From Caedibacter taeniospiralis (GTDB lineage Bacteria; Pseudomonadota; Gammaproteobacteria; Francisellales; Francisellaceae), in NCBI RefSeq assembly GCF_002803295.2, contig NZ_PGGB02000001.1, forward strand, positions 42,289-74,288: DNA of 32,000 nucleotides. Reading direction: 5' to 3'. Within the stretch, counting starts at the first letter, position 1; each line of letters begins with the position of its first letter. A model generated the notes under the pieces. It worked only from the letters and a program-made list of their open reading frames with translations. It was not told the origin of the DNA and did no database searches. This document shows positions 31,865 to 32,000 of the stretch, one piece after another. Both the position numbers and the translations under genes were made by a program.

Positions 31865-32000
31865 CGCCAGAAGAGCCCAATAAAATTGGTTTGTTCTGGG
31901 CGAAAACTTTTGCTGAAGGGATTACTGATGCCGTCGTTCGCTGCGAGCCATGGATAGCGGAACGCGAGGGCGAGTAGACCCGGGTAGCCTTGCGCGTTGA

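Overview
This 32 kb window reads as a mostly core-genome segment of a gammaproteobacterium (inference: gene content and the secG/tRNA-Leu/nuo order recall Legionellales; not verified). Left to right: a partial ORF joining a biotinyl/lipoyl-like domain to a KAS III (FabH-like) enzyme; topA; a short inverted-repeat element candidate; a HAD pyrimidine 5'-nucleotidase-like gene; an Rpn/PD-(D/E)XK-like transposase/nuclease gene; an ~840 bp non-coding decayed interval with strong hairpins and a group II intron domain V-like sequence; the 14-gene NADH dehydrogenase I operon nuoA-N on the minus strand; tRNA-Leu(GAG); secG; a tpiA 3' remnant; a minus-strand tRNA cluster (Phe, Pro, Arg, His, Leu); folA; glnD; dcd; grxB; a KfrA-like DNA-binding protein gene; a monomeric isocitrate dehydrogenase gene; tRNA-Val; and a PhoB-like response regulator gene. 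I saw no CRISPR array, phage module or defence island. The non-routine signals are a 248-bp segment bounded by perfect 19-bp inverted repeats and flanked by an 8-bp direct repeat, a decayed tpiA, a 25-bp duplication of the 5' part of tRNA-His, a group II intron remnant, paired-hairpin repeats including one in the only large gap of the nuo operon, a long palindrome upstream of icd, and the lipoyl-KAS III fusion. All family assignments are by sequence recognition, without database searches.
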